This document shows, piece after piece, positions 46,425 to 56,800 of a DNA stretch of 64,000 nt. Origin of the DNA: Planctomycetota bacterium (lineage in GTDB: Bacteria > Planctomycetota > GCA-002687715 > CAIWVZ01). How positions within the stretch are numbered: position 1 is the first letter of the stretch; each line of letters opens with the position of its first letter. The notes below the pieces were generated by a model. The model saw only the letters and a program-made list of their open reading frames with translations, made no database searches and had not been told where the DNA came from. The stretch lies in NCBI GenBank assembly GCA_044222185.1, contig JBGANV010000005.1:352001-416000 (forward strand), in the 5' to 3' direction. Both the position numbers and the translations under genes were made by a program.

Positions 46425-47783
46425 ATGAATCGCAGTCTGTCCACACTCGTCGTCTTCGCAGTTCTCGCCGCAGCCGCCTCCGGCCAGACCGGCATCCTCG
46501 TCGGCCAGGCGATCTCCCTCAATCAGCCGATTCCGCCGCAGGGGACCGGTGGCACATGTGGAACGCCGCAGTCGACGGCGGTCGTCGGCTTCACAGTGAC
46601 CACGCTCGGAGTCGTCCACGCACCGGCCATCACCCTCAACATCGACCACACGTTCGTCGGTGACCTCACGATGACGCTCTCGCACGGCGGAACGTCGGTG
46701 ACCCTCTCGAACGGGAACTCCTTCTTGGGACTCCCCGCGACGCGCGAGCTGCACGGCAACTACACCTTCCAGGATTCAGCGCCGACGGCGTTCTTGAACG
46801 CCCCGTGGACCGGGGTCACGTTCAACCCGGGCGCGTACCGTCCCGCGTCGCCGCTCGCCGTCTTCAACGGCATGGCGATCGCCGGCACGTGGACGCTCAC
46901 GATCTGCGACGAGGCGCCCAGCGACTCGGGGGTGCTCCACAGCCTCGAAGTCGTTTGCGAGTTCGGCGGCGCTGCCGTGGCGGACGTCGGTCTGCCGGCC
47001 GCGATCCCGCCGCAGGGAACCGGCGGTGTGTGCTCGTCGCCCGGCAACACGACCGTTCGCACGGTGAACATCGGCACGCCCGGACGCGTCGCCTACATGT
47101 GGGCCGATCTGAACATGAACCACACCTTCTCGAGCGACCTCCGCATCTCCATCAGCCACAACGGCGTCACACGCATGCTCTTCGACGGCGACAACGACGG
47201 AACGGGCAGCGCCGCCTTCGCCGGGACGTACTCGTTCAACTCCGGACCAGGTCCCCAGATCAACGGCGCGAGCGTCAGCGGCGGCACGGTGCAGCCCGGG
47301 AGCTACGCGGCGAGGGAGTCGCTCTCGGTCTTCACCGGCATGGAGATGAGCGGGGCGTGGACCCTCAGCATCTGTGACCAGTACTCGGTCGACACGGGGA
47401 GCTTGAACGGCCTCGTGCTGCGCCTCGCGAGCGAAGGGTTCACGCTCTCGCTTGCGCAGCCGTCCGGGTCGGCGTCGATCTCGGCGCATGACGCCAACGG
47501 GTCCGCAGTCGGCAACGGCTACTTCAACGCGTTCACGACGACGGCCGGTGCCTATCCCTACGGCTGGTTCGAGGGCATCGACATCCTGCAAAGCGAGCTG
47601 CTCTTCCAGTTGAACCTGCCGCTGCCGCTCTTCGCCGGCACGCTCGGCGCCAACGTCGATGCGACGCCGACACTGACTGCGACGATCCCGGGCGGCATCA
47701 CGCTCTACGGCGTCGCCCTCGAGATCGGCGGGAACCAGATCCGCCAGGTCGCTCCGCCGATCGCCTACACGACGGCCCCCTGA
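46425..47783 (+). CDS. Secreted non-catalytic protein with two proprotein-convertase P-domains and a C-terminal GWF.GIDI module
   Basis: AAGGAG RBS; signal peptide MNRSLSTLVVFAVLAAAASG|Q; two IDHTFVGDL/NHTFSSDL...G.W.L.ICD....D.G.L domains. Confidence 0.85.
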   Translation: MNRSLSTLVVFAVLAAAASGQTGILVGQAISLNQPIPPQGTGGTCGTPQSTAVVGFTVTTLGVVHAPAITLNIDHTFVGDLTMTLSHGGTSVTLSNGNSFLGLPATRELHGNYTFQDSAPTAFLNAPWTGVTFNPGAYRPASPLAVFNGMAIAGTWTLTICDEAPSDSGVLHSLEVVCEFGGAAVADVGLPAAIPPQGTGGVCSSPGNTTVRTVNIGTPGRVAYMWADLNMNHTFSSDLRISISHNGVTRMLFDGDNDGTGSAAFAGTYSFNSGPGPQINGASVSGGTVQPGSYAARESLSVFTGMEMSGAWTLSICDQYSVDTGSLNGLVLRLASEGFTLSLAQPSGSASISAHDANGSAVGNGYFNAFTTTAGAYPYGWFEGIDILQSELLFQLNLPLPLFAGTLGANVDATPTLTATIPGGITLYGVALEIGGNQIRQVAPPIAYTTAP

Positions 47784-47852
47784 TTCGTCGCGCGGCTCGC
47801 GGCGTCCGCATCAAGACGCCGCCAGAACCTCGCTTCACGAAGGAAGAACATC

Positions 47853-49214
47853 ATGCTTCGCAACGACACGCTCCGACTCTCGGCTCTCATCCTCGTCCTC
47901 ACCTCTTCACTGGCGGCCCAGACGGCGGCGACGCGCGCGTTCCATTTCACGCCCAACGCCACGATCCCACCCAGCGGATCGGGCGGCGCCTGCGGCACGA
48001 CCTCATCGACGTTCACCGTTCCCATGCCGATTTCGGCCGTGGGACTCGTGAGCAGGGTGAGCGTCACGCTCGGAATCGACCACACGTACGTCGGTGACCT
48101 GGACATCTCCCTCCAACACGATGGCGTGACCGTTCCGCTGTGCAGCGGCTCCAACGCCTCCAACCCGACGCTCCAGCTCCACGGGCAGTACACGTTCGCG
48201 GATGCAGCGGGCGCGGCGTTCGTGCTCGCGTCCTCGGCGGGATCTCCGCCCACGATCGTGCCCGGCACGTACCGTCCGACGCAATTCCTCTCGGCGTTCA
48301 ACGGCACGAGCGCTGGCGGAGTGTGGAGCCTCACGGTGTGCGATCAAGCGTCCGCGGACGTGGGCGTGCTCCACGACGTCACCGTCACGGTCGGACTCGC
48401 GGGGCCGACGATCATCGACCCCGCGCCGCCCTCCGCGATTCCGCCCACCGGCACCGGCGGCACCTGCGGCCTGCCGTCGACGACGTTCACGCGAACGATC
48501 GGCGTGCCAGCGTCCGGTCACGTGGCTGAAGTGCGAGTCCGGCTGAACATGGGCCACAGCTGGGCGTCCGACCTCGTCATCACCCTGAGCCACGACGGCG
48601 TCTCGCGGCTGTTGTTCAACGGGCCGGGCTCGGGGCTGAGCGACCAGGATCTCTCGGGCAACTACACGTTCGCGGACACGGACGGCGTCTCCATCGCGAC
48701 CGGCGTCGTCAACGGAGTCGTCCAACAAGGGACGTACCTGCCGTCCGCGAGCTTCGTCCCATTCCGGGGTCGGGAGGCCGCGGGCACGTGGCAGCTCACG
48801 GTGTGCGACCGCGCGTCGAGCGACGTGGGTTACCTCTCCGCGTTCGAACTGGACCTGGTGATGGAGGGCTTCACGATGGCGATCCAGCAGCCGGCGGGCG
48901 CGGCCTCGGTGTCGACCCGTGACCAGAACGGCGCGCAGGCCGGTGACACGTACTTCAACGCGCTCACGCTCACGGCGGGCAGCTACCCCTACGGGTGGTT
49001 CCACGGAATCGACATCGGCTTCGACGAACTCACGTTCCAGTTGAACCTGCCGATCCCGTTCTTCAACGGCACGCTCGATGGTTCGGTGACGGCCGTGGGC
49101 ACGATCCCGGGACCGATCCCGGGCGGCATCCACGTCTATGCCGTCGGGATCGACTTCCGCGCGGGCGCCGCAGCGCAGACGTCGGTGCCCGTCAGCTACG
49201 TGACGGCGCCCTGA
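47853..49214 (+). CDS. Paralogous secreted tandem P-domain protein
   Basis: Same architecture as the previous gene ([23 protein letters not shown]; C-terminal YFNA...[11 protein letters not shown]...FQLNLP). Confidence 0.87.
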   Translation: MLRNDTLRLSALILVLTSSLAAQTAATRAFHFTPNATIPPSGSGGACGTTSSTFTVPMPISAVGLVSRVSVTLGIDHTYVGDLDISLQHDGVTVPLCSGSNASNPTLQLHGQYTFADAAGAAFVLASSAGSPPTIVPGTYRPTQFLSAFNGTSAGGVWSLTVCDQASADVGVLHDVTVTVGLAGPTIIDPAPPSAIPPTGTGGTCGLPSTTFTRTIGVPASGHVAEVRVRLNMGHSWASDLVITLSHDGVSRLLFNGPGSGLSDQDLSGNYTFADTDGVSIATGVVNGVVQQGTYLPSASFVPFRGREAAGTWQLTVCDRASSDVGYLSAFELDLVMEGFTMAIQQPAGAASVSTRDQNGAQAGDTYFNALTLTAGSYPYGWFHGIDIGFDELTFQLNLPIPFFNGTLDGSVTAVGTIPGPIPGGIHVYAVGIDFRAGAAAQTSVPVSYVTAP

Positions 49215-49893
49215 TCGCCCGCGCAACGAGATCGCCGGCGTCGCGCTCGACCACGATCGCGAAGTCGAATCGGTCGATCTCCGTCGCGAGACGGAGGTCG
49301 GCGGCACTGATCCAGTCGACGGCCGGGTCCTGCGCCCGTCGACCCGCGGGCGATTCGACGACGCGCCGGACCACCTCGCGTGGATCGCACGGCTCTCCGC
49401 GGAGCCGCGCGCGGATCAACTCGGCGCACGCCACGTCCTCGTCGCCGTCCGAACCGTCGGGCATGCCCGTGGCGACGAGCAACACCTCTCGCGCTCCGAC
49501 CGCCTGCAGGTAGCGCGCCGTGGCACTGGCGACGCTGAGGCTCGCGACGAGGAGGCCCCGCGCCGCCGTCGCGCGCACGACGCCCTGAGTGCCGCTGCTG
49601 CTCCGCAGGATCACGGTGCGCCCGCGCAAGTCCGCACGGCTCACGACATCCGGCGAGTTGCCGAAGTCGAACCCGGGGATCGGCCGACCGTCGACCTCGC
49701 CGACGGCGACCGAGCCCGGAGTGGACGCGCGACGGGCGAGCGCCTCCTCGACGCTGCCGACGAGGACGATCCGCTCCGCCCCCGCCGCAAGCGCGTGCGC
49801 CGTCGTGGTGAACGCCCGGAGCACGTCGATCACGACGACCCACCCGCGCCCTTCCCCGGCGGAAGCCGCCCCTTCCCTGATGCTGATGTTCAT
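49192..49893 (-). CDS. comB: 2-phosphosulfolactate phosphatase (ComB) family protein
   Basis: [34 protein letters not shown] and EDVACA. Convergent overlap of 23 bp with the previous gene. Confidence 0.88.
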   Translation of the reverse strand: MNISIREGAASAGEGRGWVVVIDVLRAFTTTAHALAAGAERIVLVGSVEEALARRASTPGSVAVGEVDGRPIPGFDFGNSPDVVSRADLRGRTVILRSSSGTQGVVRATAARGLLVASLSVASATARYLQAVGAREVLLVATGMPDGSDGDEDVACAELIRARLRGEPCDPREVVRRVVESPAGRRAQDPAVDWISAADLRLATEIDRFDFAIVVERDAGDLVARAIRAPSRS

Positions 49894-50043
49894 GGTTCGA
49901 GCGAATCGCCGCCCGGCCCCGTCGATCTGAGCGACTTTCGGGGCGGAAGCAGTTATCGGCGCGGACGATACGAAGCCCGGCAAGACGCCCGATCCGCGAA
50001 TCGAGAATCGTTCGGGAAGCTTCCGGCATCGGAAAGGGTTGTG

Positions 50044-50670
50044 ATGATGAGGCCCAACTCCATGAGACCCCAAACCGGAACGTTGTTTCACTCGATGGCG
50101 TCGATGCTCGCGCTCTCCGTGCTCCTTTCGGGATGCGCTCGCGAACCGGCGGCGACCGCGAAGATCTCGGCGCCCACCCCCGGCGAGGCGCGATCGTCGA
50201 GCGCCGCCAGCGCCCTCGAAACCACTCCTTCCAACGCGGAGTCCCAACCCATGCCAGAGAAAATCACCAAGTCGGACGCAGAGTGGCGAAAAGAGCTCAC
50301 GCCCGAGCAGTACCACGTGCTTCGTGAGAAGGGCACGGAGCGAGCGTTCACCGGCAAGTACTGGAACACGAAGACCAAGGGCGTCTACAAGTGCGCCGGT
50401 TGCGGAGCCGAGCTGTTCACGTCCGACTCGAAGTTCGACTCCGGCTGCGGGTGGCCGAGCTTCGACCGCCCGATGGCCGGCCAGGGAATCGAGGAACACG
50501 CGGACCGCAGCTTCGGGATGGTGCGGACGGAAGTGACGTGCGCCCGCTGCGGCGCACACCTCGGACATGTCTTCGACGATGGCCCGACGCCCACGGGCCT
50601 GCGTTACTGCATCAACTCGGTGTCGATCGACCTGAAGGCCGACGAGAAGGCGGCGGACGAGAAGAAGTAG
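50044..50670 (+). CDS. msrB: Peptide-methionine (R)-S-oxide reductase MsrB with probable lipoprotein signal
   Basis: [41 protein letters not shown] and [19 protein letters not shown]; upstream lipobox LLSGC. Exact start uncertain. Confidence 0.93.
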   Translation: MMRPNSMRPQTGTLFHSMASMLALSVLLSGCAREPAATAKISAPTPGEARSSSAASALETTPSNAESQPMPEKITKSDAEWRKELTPEQYHVLREKGTERAFTGKYWNTKTKGVYKCAGCGAELFTSDSKFDSGCGWPSFDRPMAGQGIEEHADRSFGMVRTEVTCARCGAHLGHVFDDGPTPTGLRYCINSVSIDLKADEKAADEKK

Positions 50671-50703
50671 ACGAACGCGCGCCGCCAACGGCGCGCAGCC
50701 GAC

Positions 50704-52386
50704 TCACACGCCGAGTTCGAGGTCCAGACCGTTGGTCACCTGGTAGATGGGATTCTGTGACGCCGGAACCAGGATGGCCTGAAGGCGGAAGGTCACGCAT
50801 TCGACGGCGGGATCGCTCGGAAGCGGCCCCGTCAACGACCAACCGCCGCTGGCGTTCGTCGTGAATGCCGTGAGGATGTCGAGCCCCAGGACCCAGAGGT
50901 AGCCCTGGCACCCTCCAACGAGTTCGGTCGGCCCGGGCGGAATGGCACTCACGAGGAGGAGCCCCGCGGTCGACGGAACGGCCCCCGAGACCGACAACGT
51001 GCCGATCGAACCGAGGACTGGCGGCGTGCCGCTCAGTGATGGCCCGGGGAGACCGCCATAGGAGCATCCGAAACCCACCGTGAACACCAGCGCGGTGTGC
51101 CGGACGACGGACAGCTTGAACGTCCCTTGCTGGCCGTTGTAGCCAGCCACGCGAATGAAGTACGCATGGCCCGCGATCGTCGGGAACGTGACGTCGGTCA
51201 GGAATCCCTGCGGCCCGCATCCCGAATCGTCGGCACACCCGACGATGTCCCCCGCCGAAGGACACGTGGGCGAATCATAGACCGTGATCTGAGAGTCCGT
51301 CATCGTGCCCCCGGCCGCGACCGTGGGACACGTGGAGACCGTCGCCTCACCGGTGCATCCGGCGATCCAGAAGAAGAAGACGTCGCTTCCTCCCAGGTTG
51401 CCGAGCGCACCGCACGCGGTGGCGAACGTCGGTGAATTCGAGAGGGTCGCGCCGACGTTCGTGTACAGACCCGACGCCGGGTTGAGACCCTCGGCGAGTT
51501 GGATCGCGCCGAAGCACTCGTCGTTCGGGAGCTGGACGAGGAGCGCGATGAGCCCGGTCGCCGTCCGGTTCGAGGAATCCGTCGCCGTGAGGGGCAGGTT
51601 GTAAGGAGCTGCCTGCACGCCGGGCGGCAGGACGTAGGCGAGCGAGAACGTGCGGTCGCCGGCCACGGCGTCGCCATGCGTTCCGTCGTCGAAGAACGTG
51701 GCGTTGGCGGATCCGCCGACTGCGGCGAGGTTCGCGTGCACGCTCACGGCGGTCGGCGGGTTGGGTGGTGCCGTCGCCGTGACGGCGGCCGTGAGCAGAA
51801 CGTTGTTCGCGATGACGACCGCGCTCGGCGACGCCGCTCCGGCCACCTGGAGAGTCGGGGCGGTCACGACGGCGAGCGTGTAATCCTCCGTATTGCCGAA
51901 TCCCGCGCTGCCGCAGGCGGACGGTGGCCCTCCCGGGCAGCATCCGTCGAACACCAAGCGCACGCGCATGCGGACCGACGCGGCGCTCCCAGCAGGCGGC
52001 GTGACGTTCGCGACGAACGTCCGCGTGGTTCCGCCGCCGGCCGTCAACGAAAGCGGGATCGTCTCGTTGGAATCGAGGAAATCACCGTCGGCGTTCCAGT
52101 CGCAGAACGCGGTGACCTGATCCCCGGGGAGATAACGGCTCACGGTGACCGTCATCGGTGACGGAACGCCGGGCACGAGCGACGTCGACGTCGACGTGTA
52201 ATCCTCGTAGCCAGGCGGCGCGACACACGCGGAGCTTCGGTCGATGGACGCGAGCTGCACGCGGCTGATGTACTCGTCGCTCCCGCAGTTGAATCCCGTG
52301 TTGGGAGCGCTGCAGTACTGGGCGCGTGCGACTGGAACGCTGAGGACGATCGTCGCACACAGTGCGGCGAGTTGGGACGACTTCAT
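50704..52386 (-). CDS. Secreted GEVED-domain protein with choice-of-anchor-X-like domain and C-terminal putative sorting module
   Basis: EYISRVQL...DWNADGDFLD.NE...RMRV...GNTEDYTL (GEVED); FFDDGTHGDAVAGD; PNDEC...DVFF module; signal peptide. Confidence 0.85.
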   Translation of the reverse strand: MKSSQLAALCATIVLSVPVARAQYCSAPNTGFNCGSDEYISRVQLASIDRSSACVAPPGYEDYTSTSTSLVPGVPSPMTVTVSRYLPGDQVTAFCDWNADGDFLDSNETIPLSLTAGGGTTRTFVANVTPPAGSAASVRMRVRLVFDGCCPGGPPSACGSAGFGNTEDYTLAVVTAPTLQVAGAASPSAVVIANNVLLTAAVTATAPPNPPTAVSVHANLAAVGGSANATFFDDGTHGDAVAGDRTFSLAYVLPPGVQAAPYNLPLTATDSSNRTATGLIALLVQLPNDECFGAIQLAEGLNPASGLYTNVGATLSNSPTFATACGALGNLGGSDVFFFWIAGCTGEATVSTCPTVAAGGTMTDSQITVYDSPTCPSAGDIVGCADDSGCGPQGFLTDVTFPTIAGHAYFIRVAGYNGQQGTFKLSVVRHTALVFTVGFGCSYGGLPGPSLSGTPPVLGSIGTLSVSGAVPSTAGLLLVSAIPPGPTELVGGCQGYLWVLGLDILTAFTTNASGGWSLTGPLPSDPAVECVTFRLQAILVPASQNPIYQVTNGLDLELGV

Positions 52387-52611
52387 CGATTGAGCACCTC
52401 TGGCGGCGGATCGCGGTGCGGGGTCGGCACCGCCTCAGCGCGGGACCACGGGTCACGCCAGTTGCGCGCTGAAGGCACCGGCCACTCCGTCTGCGCGGCA
52501 GTGGCACGACGCCAGGGAACGGCGACAGGTTACCGTCCACGCCGCGCGCCCGCCACTCGCCTGCCGCGCCGTCCTCTGGGGCGATTGCACGCCGCGAGAT
52601 ATCACCGCACG

Positions 52612-53787
52612 GTGGACTCTATTTATCGAAGTGAGATCAACCGCGACGTCCGCGCGCCACTCCCCGGCGAGTTCAAACCGATCACGGTCGGAAGCTTGCG
52701 GATCTGGCCACCGGTCGTTCTCGCGCCCATGGCGGGAGTGACGAACTACCCGTTCCGCGCGCAATGCCGCAAGTACGGCGCGGGCCTCTACGTCAGCGAG
52801 ATGATCACGGCACGACCGCTCGTCGAGGGGCATCGCAAGACGCTGAAACTCGCGGACTTCGGTCCGGACGAATCGCCCCGCAGTCTCCAGCTCTACGGGG
52901 TCGATCCGCACTACGTGGGCGAGGCCGTCCGGTTGCTGGTGTCGGAGGGTCGCGTCGACCACATCGACATGAATTTCGGCTGTCCCGTACCCAAGGTGAC
53001 GCGTCGCGGCGGCGGCGCGGCGTTGCCCCTGAAGCGCAACCTCCTGCGCGCGATCGTCCGATCGGCCGTGCGGAACGCGGGATCGGTCCCCGTGACGATC
53101 AAGTTCAGGATCGGCGTGAATGACGGGCTGATCACGTACCTGGACGCGGGCCGCATCGGCGAGGAGGAAGGATGCGCGGCGGTCGCGCTGCACGCGCGGA
53201 CCGCGGCCCAGCTTTACCACGGCGAGGCCCGCTGGGACGCGATCGCGCGCCTCAAGGAACACGTCAGGAAGATCCCCGTGCTCGGGAACGGCGACATCTG
53301 GGAGGGGCACGACGCGCTCCGCATGATGCGCTCGACGGGCTGCGACGGCGTCGTCGTGGGACGCGGGTGCCTGGGCCGGCCGTGGCTGTTTCGTGATCTC
53401 GCCGATGTGTTCGAGGGGCGCGAACCGCAGAACCCTCCGCGGTTCGGTGAAGTGACGCAGATCATGATCGAACACGCAGTCTTGCTCGCGGAGTGGGTCG
53501 GCGAGCTGAACGCCATGCGGATGTTCCGCCGTCACGCGGCCTGGTACACGAAGGGGTTCCGGGGAAGCGCCGCCGTGCGTGAGCGACTCAGCGCCATGGA
53601 AACGCTGGACGACCTGCGCCGGTGCGTGGCGACCATCGACGCCGACGAACCGTTCCCGCCGGCCGCCATGCGCGTCGTCAGGGGCAAGTCCACGGGGACG
53701 CAGTCCGTCGCACTCCCGCCCGGGTTCCTCGACGACCTGGAAGACCTCACGCCTCCGTGCGCGGAGGAGCCGGGTGACGGCGGCTGA
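52612..53787 (+). CDS. dusB: tRNA-dihydrouridine synthase DusB (NifR3 family)
   Basis: LAPMAGVTN, IDMNFGCPVPKV, VTIKFRIG, LHARTA, GNGDI and GRGCLGRPWLF. Start approximate (GTG 52612). Confidence 0.92.
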   Translation: MDSIYRSEINRDVRAPLPGEFKPITVGSLRIWPPVVLAPMAGVTNYPFRAQCRKYGAGLYVSEMITARPLVEGHRKTLKLADFGPDESPRSLQLYGVDPHYVGEAVRLLVSEGRVDHIDMNFGCPVPKVTRRGGGAALPLKRNLLRAIVRSAVRNAGSVPVTIKFRIGVNDGLITYLDAGRIGEEEGCAAVALHARTAAQLYHGEARWDAIARLKEHVRKIPVLGNGDIWEGHDALRMMRSTGCDGVVVGRGCLGRPWLFRDLADVFEGREPQNPPRFGEVTQIMIEHAVLLAEWVGELNAMRMFRRHAAWYTKGFRGSAAVRERLSAMETLDDLRRCVATIDADEPFPPAAMRVVRGKSTGTQSVALPPGFLDDLEDLTPPCAEEPGDGG

Positions 53788-53805
53788 CGGCGAGCGTCGC
53801 GTCCG

Positions 53806-56800
53806 TCACCGCTCCGGGATCAACGCTTCGGCTTCGCGGAGGAACGCGGCGATGTCGCCGTCGGTCGCGAACTCCGGTTCGCGAATCCGCTCGCGCGCGA
53901 GTTGGAGCGTCGCTCGCGCCTCGTCCATCTTCCCCGCCTTGAACTGCGCCATGGCAAGCACGACGAGATCGAGCGGATGCGGCGCGCCGATCAGCGTGCG
54001 CTGCATCTGATTGCACCGTTCGAGCGTCGCGATCGCGTCGGTGAACTTGCCGGCTCGATACTCGGCCACTCCACGCGTGTTGAGGAACCCCGCCTGCTCG
54101 GGCCAGGCCTTGCACACGATCTCCGCGGCGCGCAGCGCGAGTGCCACGCCGTCCGGGTCCGTCGTGCGATTGCGGGCCAGGTCCCAGGCTTGACTGTTGA
54201 GCTGCGTAGGATGGTCGCCCCGCGCGCGCGCCCGCGCCACCGCATCCGCCCGCACGTCGTCCGGCAGTGAGGCGTCGTCCTCCAGCGCGCGTGTCACGCG
54301 CTCGACGAGGACACGCGTGCCGAAGAGCGGCTCGACGAGGTCGCGTGTCGCGCGCACGCGCTCCCGCGCGACCAGATCGGCGTCGGGAACGGCGCCCTCG
54401 CAGAACCGCAGCCCATTCCCCGTGGACGCCACGAGTGCGCCCGCGACCCACGCGATGGCGTTGACCGACAACGCGCGCGGTGGTCGGTCCAGCAGCAGCG
54501 GCGCCGTGTCGTCCATGTCCCACAGGTAGAGGGCGCCGTCGGCACCGGCGAATGCCACGCGAGACTCTTCCGGCAGGTACGTCGATGCGACGACACCGCC
54601 CGCCGGCAGGCTCGTCGTCGCGGTGGCGGCCCCCGTATCGACGTTCCACGAGAACACCCGCCCATCGTCGCCGCCGGAAGCAACGTGTCCTCCGTCGGGC
54701 GTGGCCGTCAGCGTGCGGACCGAGCCCGCGTGTCCCGCGAGGACGTGGACCGAATCCCCGCTCGCGAGATCCCAGATCTCGAGAGGCCCGTGCACGATCT
54801 CGGCTGATGGTCGCGACACCGGTGCCGCGGCAGGGTCGGGTGCGTCGGCCGCGACGGCCACGAGTCGCCCGTCGCCGACGACGATCATTCGGCGAATGGC
54901 CCCCGAGCAGGTTCCCAGTCGCGTCGTTCCGCCCGCTTGCGCCCGGCGGATCACCACGACGGAGCCGTCTCCGCATCCCGCGAGGATCGCCGTGCCATCC
55001 GGCAACCACGCGAGCGCCGTGCACGTCGCCGGGAGCCGCTCGTTGGCGAACGCGATCTCGCGCCCGTCGATGCCGAGCACGTGAACCCGGCGGCCATCGC
55101 CGGCCACCGCGACCATCGATTCGTCGGGCGAGAACGCACAGGCATGAAGCCATGTCGGCGAGGGGCTCGCGGACCAACGCAGCGCGCCCGTAACCAGATC
55201 CCAGAGCGTGATCGAACCCCAGCCGACGCTGACCCCGAGGCGAGATCTGGGGGCGAACGTGCCCGCGAGCGAAACGTCACCCGACGGTGGAACGACCGGC
55301 GTCGCCTCGTGCAGCGCCGTTGGCCACAGTTTCACCGTGCGGTCTTGGGCGGCGGAGACCAGCCAGCCACCGGCGTGCGAGTAGGCGACGCGAGTGACGA
55401 CGGCGACGTGGCCTTCGAGCATCGCCACGACCGTCCCGGTACTCGGGTCGCGCAGCGCGATTGCGCCCGACGCCTCGCCCGACGCGAGCCCTCGCCCGCT
55501 GGGTGAGCGCGCGTGTGCGCCGGCGGAGAGGCTCGTCGCCGGCTGGCTGGACCACTTCGGAACACCATCCTGAACGCCGAGGAGCTTCAGACCGGTCTGT
55601 CGCTCGATGGGATCCGCCAGAACGAATCCCCCGCCGAACGTCCGCCCCGACGCTTCCGGACTCCGCCATCGCAGCGACCCAGTTCGTGCATCCAACGCGA
55701 ACGTGCCGTAGGCGCTCGCGAGGATCACCGAAGACTCGTCACCCGTGATTTCCGGTGTCTCGACCGTGTTCACGCTCACGGGCCACGACGCCACGTCGTC
55801 GCCCGAATCGCTCGCCACTCGCACGACGCGTCCACCGTTGTCCGTGAGGAGTGTGAGCGTCCGTCCGTCCGTCGAGAATGCCCCGCGGACCACGTGATGC
55901 ACGTCGGGCCGCTGCCAGATCTCCCGCCCCGTCTGCAGATCGAATGCCGCCGGCGGGTCGAACGTCATGCCCAACCGGCCATCCGGCGAGATCTCGTCGA
56001 TCCGCAGCCCCCCGTTCGTCGGGGAAACGACGTCCTGCCGCGCACCCGTGGCCAGATCCCACCGAGAGACGGAATGATCGACGCCCAGGGTGACGAGCGA
56101 GTCGTCGTCGGCCGTGAATGCGAGACGCACGACGACGTGAGGCGCCTGCAGCGTCTTCGCGCTGCGGTCGGCGATCCAGTTCAGTCGACGCCACTCGAAC
56201 CGCCGCAGGTCGGGTGCGGCCAGATCCAGGTGCGTCCGACACGCGCGGTAGTCGTGGCTGGCAAACGCCTGGAACGCCGCCGTGTAGTTCGCGCGATAGG
56301 CGTCGCGACGGCTGCGGGCCTCGGCGCTTCGAGCAGCCGTCTCGCTCGCGTTCGCCGCACGCAGGAGGTCGAGTGTGACGATCAGCGCAACCGTCAGAAC
56401 GAGGATGATCCCGGCGAGGCTCGCCGCGAGCCACGGGTTCCGCTCGGCCCATCGACGGGCGCGACCGAGGGACGTGATCGGCCGCGCGAGGATCGGCTCG
56501 TGCTCGCGCACACGGCGCAAGTCCTCCGCCAAGGCGAGCGCCGTCTGGTACCGCTGGTCCTGGTTCTTCTCGAGGGCCGTCTCGACGACGACGCGCAGAT
56601 CTGCCGGTGCCGACGGCTCGAGTCTCCGGATGTCCGGCGGGTCGTCGTTGAGGATGGATCGGTACAGGCCCTGGCGCGTCGGCGACGCGAACGGTCGTTC
56701 GAGCGTGATCGCCTCGAAGAGCGTGACTCCGAGGGCCCACACGTCGGCCCGTCGATCGACCGTGGCGTGCTGGCGCGAGATCTGCTCGGGCGCCATGTAG

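Noticed and set aside
49192-49893. comB as evidence of coenzyme M biosynthesis
   Set aside because: ComB-family phosphatases are widespread in bacteria and no other com genes are present.
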